Of a DNA stretch of 20,000 nt, positions 18,930 through 20,000 are shown one piece after another. The position numbers were made by a program, and so were the translations under genes. A model generated the notes under the pieces. It made no database searches. It was not told the origin of the DNA and saw nothing but the letters and a program-made list of their open reading frames with translations. Source of the stretch: Psammoneis japonica (Eukaryota); NCBI GenBank assembly GCA_008632985.1, contig QPGO01000002.1, forward strand, positions 1,043,048 to 1,063,047, given 5' to 3'. Each line of letters starts with the position of its first letter. The first letter of the stretch is position 1.

Positions 18930-20000
18930 ATGGGTCGATGGTCGTATGCACTCCCCACCTTCTTGGCTCTAGCCTCATCACAATCTTCAGAGGCCTTTGT
19001 TCCGACGGGATGGTCTAGAAAAATTCGTTTCCAAAGCAGCGCTCAAGATCATGCTACCATGATGCAAGCCTCACCTGAAGAATTTTATGATCAAGAGGAA
19101 CATTTACATTTTATACCACCCGATCGACAAGAACCAGAGCCGTTTGAGGAACCAGATTATCGTATGGAAGAGTATGGAGTTGGAACGGATGAGATGCACG
19201 CCATGCCCACGTCCGATACATTAATGCCCGACTATGTCGAGGGAAATCGCGCAGCAGCAGCGGAACGTCGAGGTCGTCCAATTGCGGAGGAAAACTACCA
19301 TGAAACACGTTCACGATCCAATTCTCGTTCTTCTTTAGCACCCGATTATCCCGATCGAGCTCCTCCGATTCCTTGCAATGAACGGGGTCGGACACCATCA
19401 CCTCGATCACGTTCCTCTTCTCCGGCGTCACTGACACCGGATTATCCCGATTATCAGAGATTGGGTGGTACAGGCAATTCCGTCATGCCATCGTCAACAT
19501 CACGTCATTCCATGCCTTCTTCTCTTTCCATTTCTCCCGATTATGTCGATCGTCAAATGGGTGCACCCGTCAATGAAGTATCCGTGGCACGTGATGTTTT
19601 GTTGGAAGCGGGTTTTGAACCACACGAAATTTCATCTATATTGGATTTGTTTACACACAAAATGACAACCAATGCCGCCTTTTGTCGCAAGAGTTTTGAA
19701 GAACGTGTGGCGGCAGCTGCGGCAGGTGCACTTTGTTCCGATATTCGTAGTAGTCCTCGTGAGGGTGCCAAGGCCATGATGGATGCCATGTATCGACAAC
19801 AAGAGCAAGAAGAAGCTAGTACTCCGAGTCTGTCGCCGCCGAGGAGTAGAAATTCAATGGATCGATCGAGGAATGATTATTCTACTGCTCGTGGTATGGA
19901 TAATAATGGCTACTCAGATCAATCGGATACGTTTAGTAGAGACAGAAGCAGATCACGAGAAAGACCCATCATGAATGACTATTCCGACAGTGAACGAGAC
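18930..20000 (+). CDS. Probable plastid-targeted, largely disordered Ser/Arg/Pro/Asp-rich protein with PDY repeats (3'-truncated by the window)
   Basis: Missing from the ORF track because it has no stop. Manual translation is open for 357 codons from ATG 18930: MGRWSYALPTFLALASSQSSEA-FVP (ASAFAP-like), then six PDY motifs and a short helical block VARDVLLEAGFEPHEISSILDLF. Confidence 0.8.
   Translation, partial: MGRWSYALPTFLALASSQSSEAFVPTGWSRKIRFQSSAQDHATMMQASPEEFYDQEEHLHFIPPDRQEPEPFEEPDYRMEEYGVGTDEMHAMPTSDTLMPDYVEGNRAAAAERRGRPIAEENYHETRSRSNSRSSLAPDYPDRAPPIPCNERGRTPSPRSRSSSPASLTPDYPDYQRLGGTGNSVMPSSTSRHSMPSSLSISPDYVDRQMGAPVNEVSVARDVLLEAGFEPHEISSILDLFTHKMTTNAAFCRKSFEERVAAAAAGALCSDIRSSPREGAKAMMDAMYRQQEQEEASTPSLSPPRSRNSMDRSRNDYSTARGMDNNGYSDQSDTFSRDRSRSRERPIMNDYSDSERD

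Noticed and set aside
1..20000. tRNA, rRNA or CRISPR arrays
   Set aside because: None was recognisable by eye. A covariance-model search was not possible.

Overview
Eukaryotic, almost certainly diatom, nuclear DNA (bipartite ASAFAP plastid-targeting signals, short GT-AG introns, diatom-type lycopene beta-cyclase). Nine host genes are readable: a tandem paralogue pair with an N-terminal BRCT-like domain (the complete copy also has UIM, J-domain and OTU-like motifs), a MAPEG protein, a GT92/GT2-like glycosyltransferase with a C-terminal Tudor-like domain, a 2-TM PH-like protein, a plastid-targeted glycine-zipper protein, an MDR/quinone-oxidoreductase-like enzyme, LCYB, and a plastid-targeted disordered PDY-repeat protein running off the right edge. 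The most striking signal is three sharply bounded islands (about 3100-4650, 5960-9090, 11040-12500) strongly depleted of BOTH CpG and TpA and rich in TpG/CpA. Island 1 is a decayed DIRS-like (tyrosine-recombinase-class) retrotransposon pol. Its conserved motifs appear altered by CG->TG/CA and TA->TG/CA changes (YVDD->HVNN), which points to a targeted, RIP-like double-strand hypermutation of silenced DNA with an unusual TpA-directed A:T->G:C component. Two 1-nt reading-frame breaks in apparently functional genes are most likely consensus errors. All counts were made by eye, and all family assignments come from motif recognition, not database searches.
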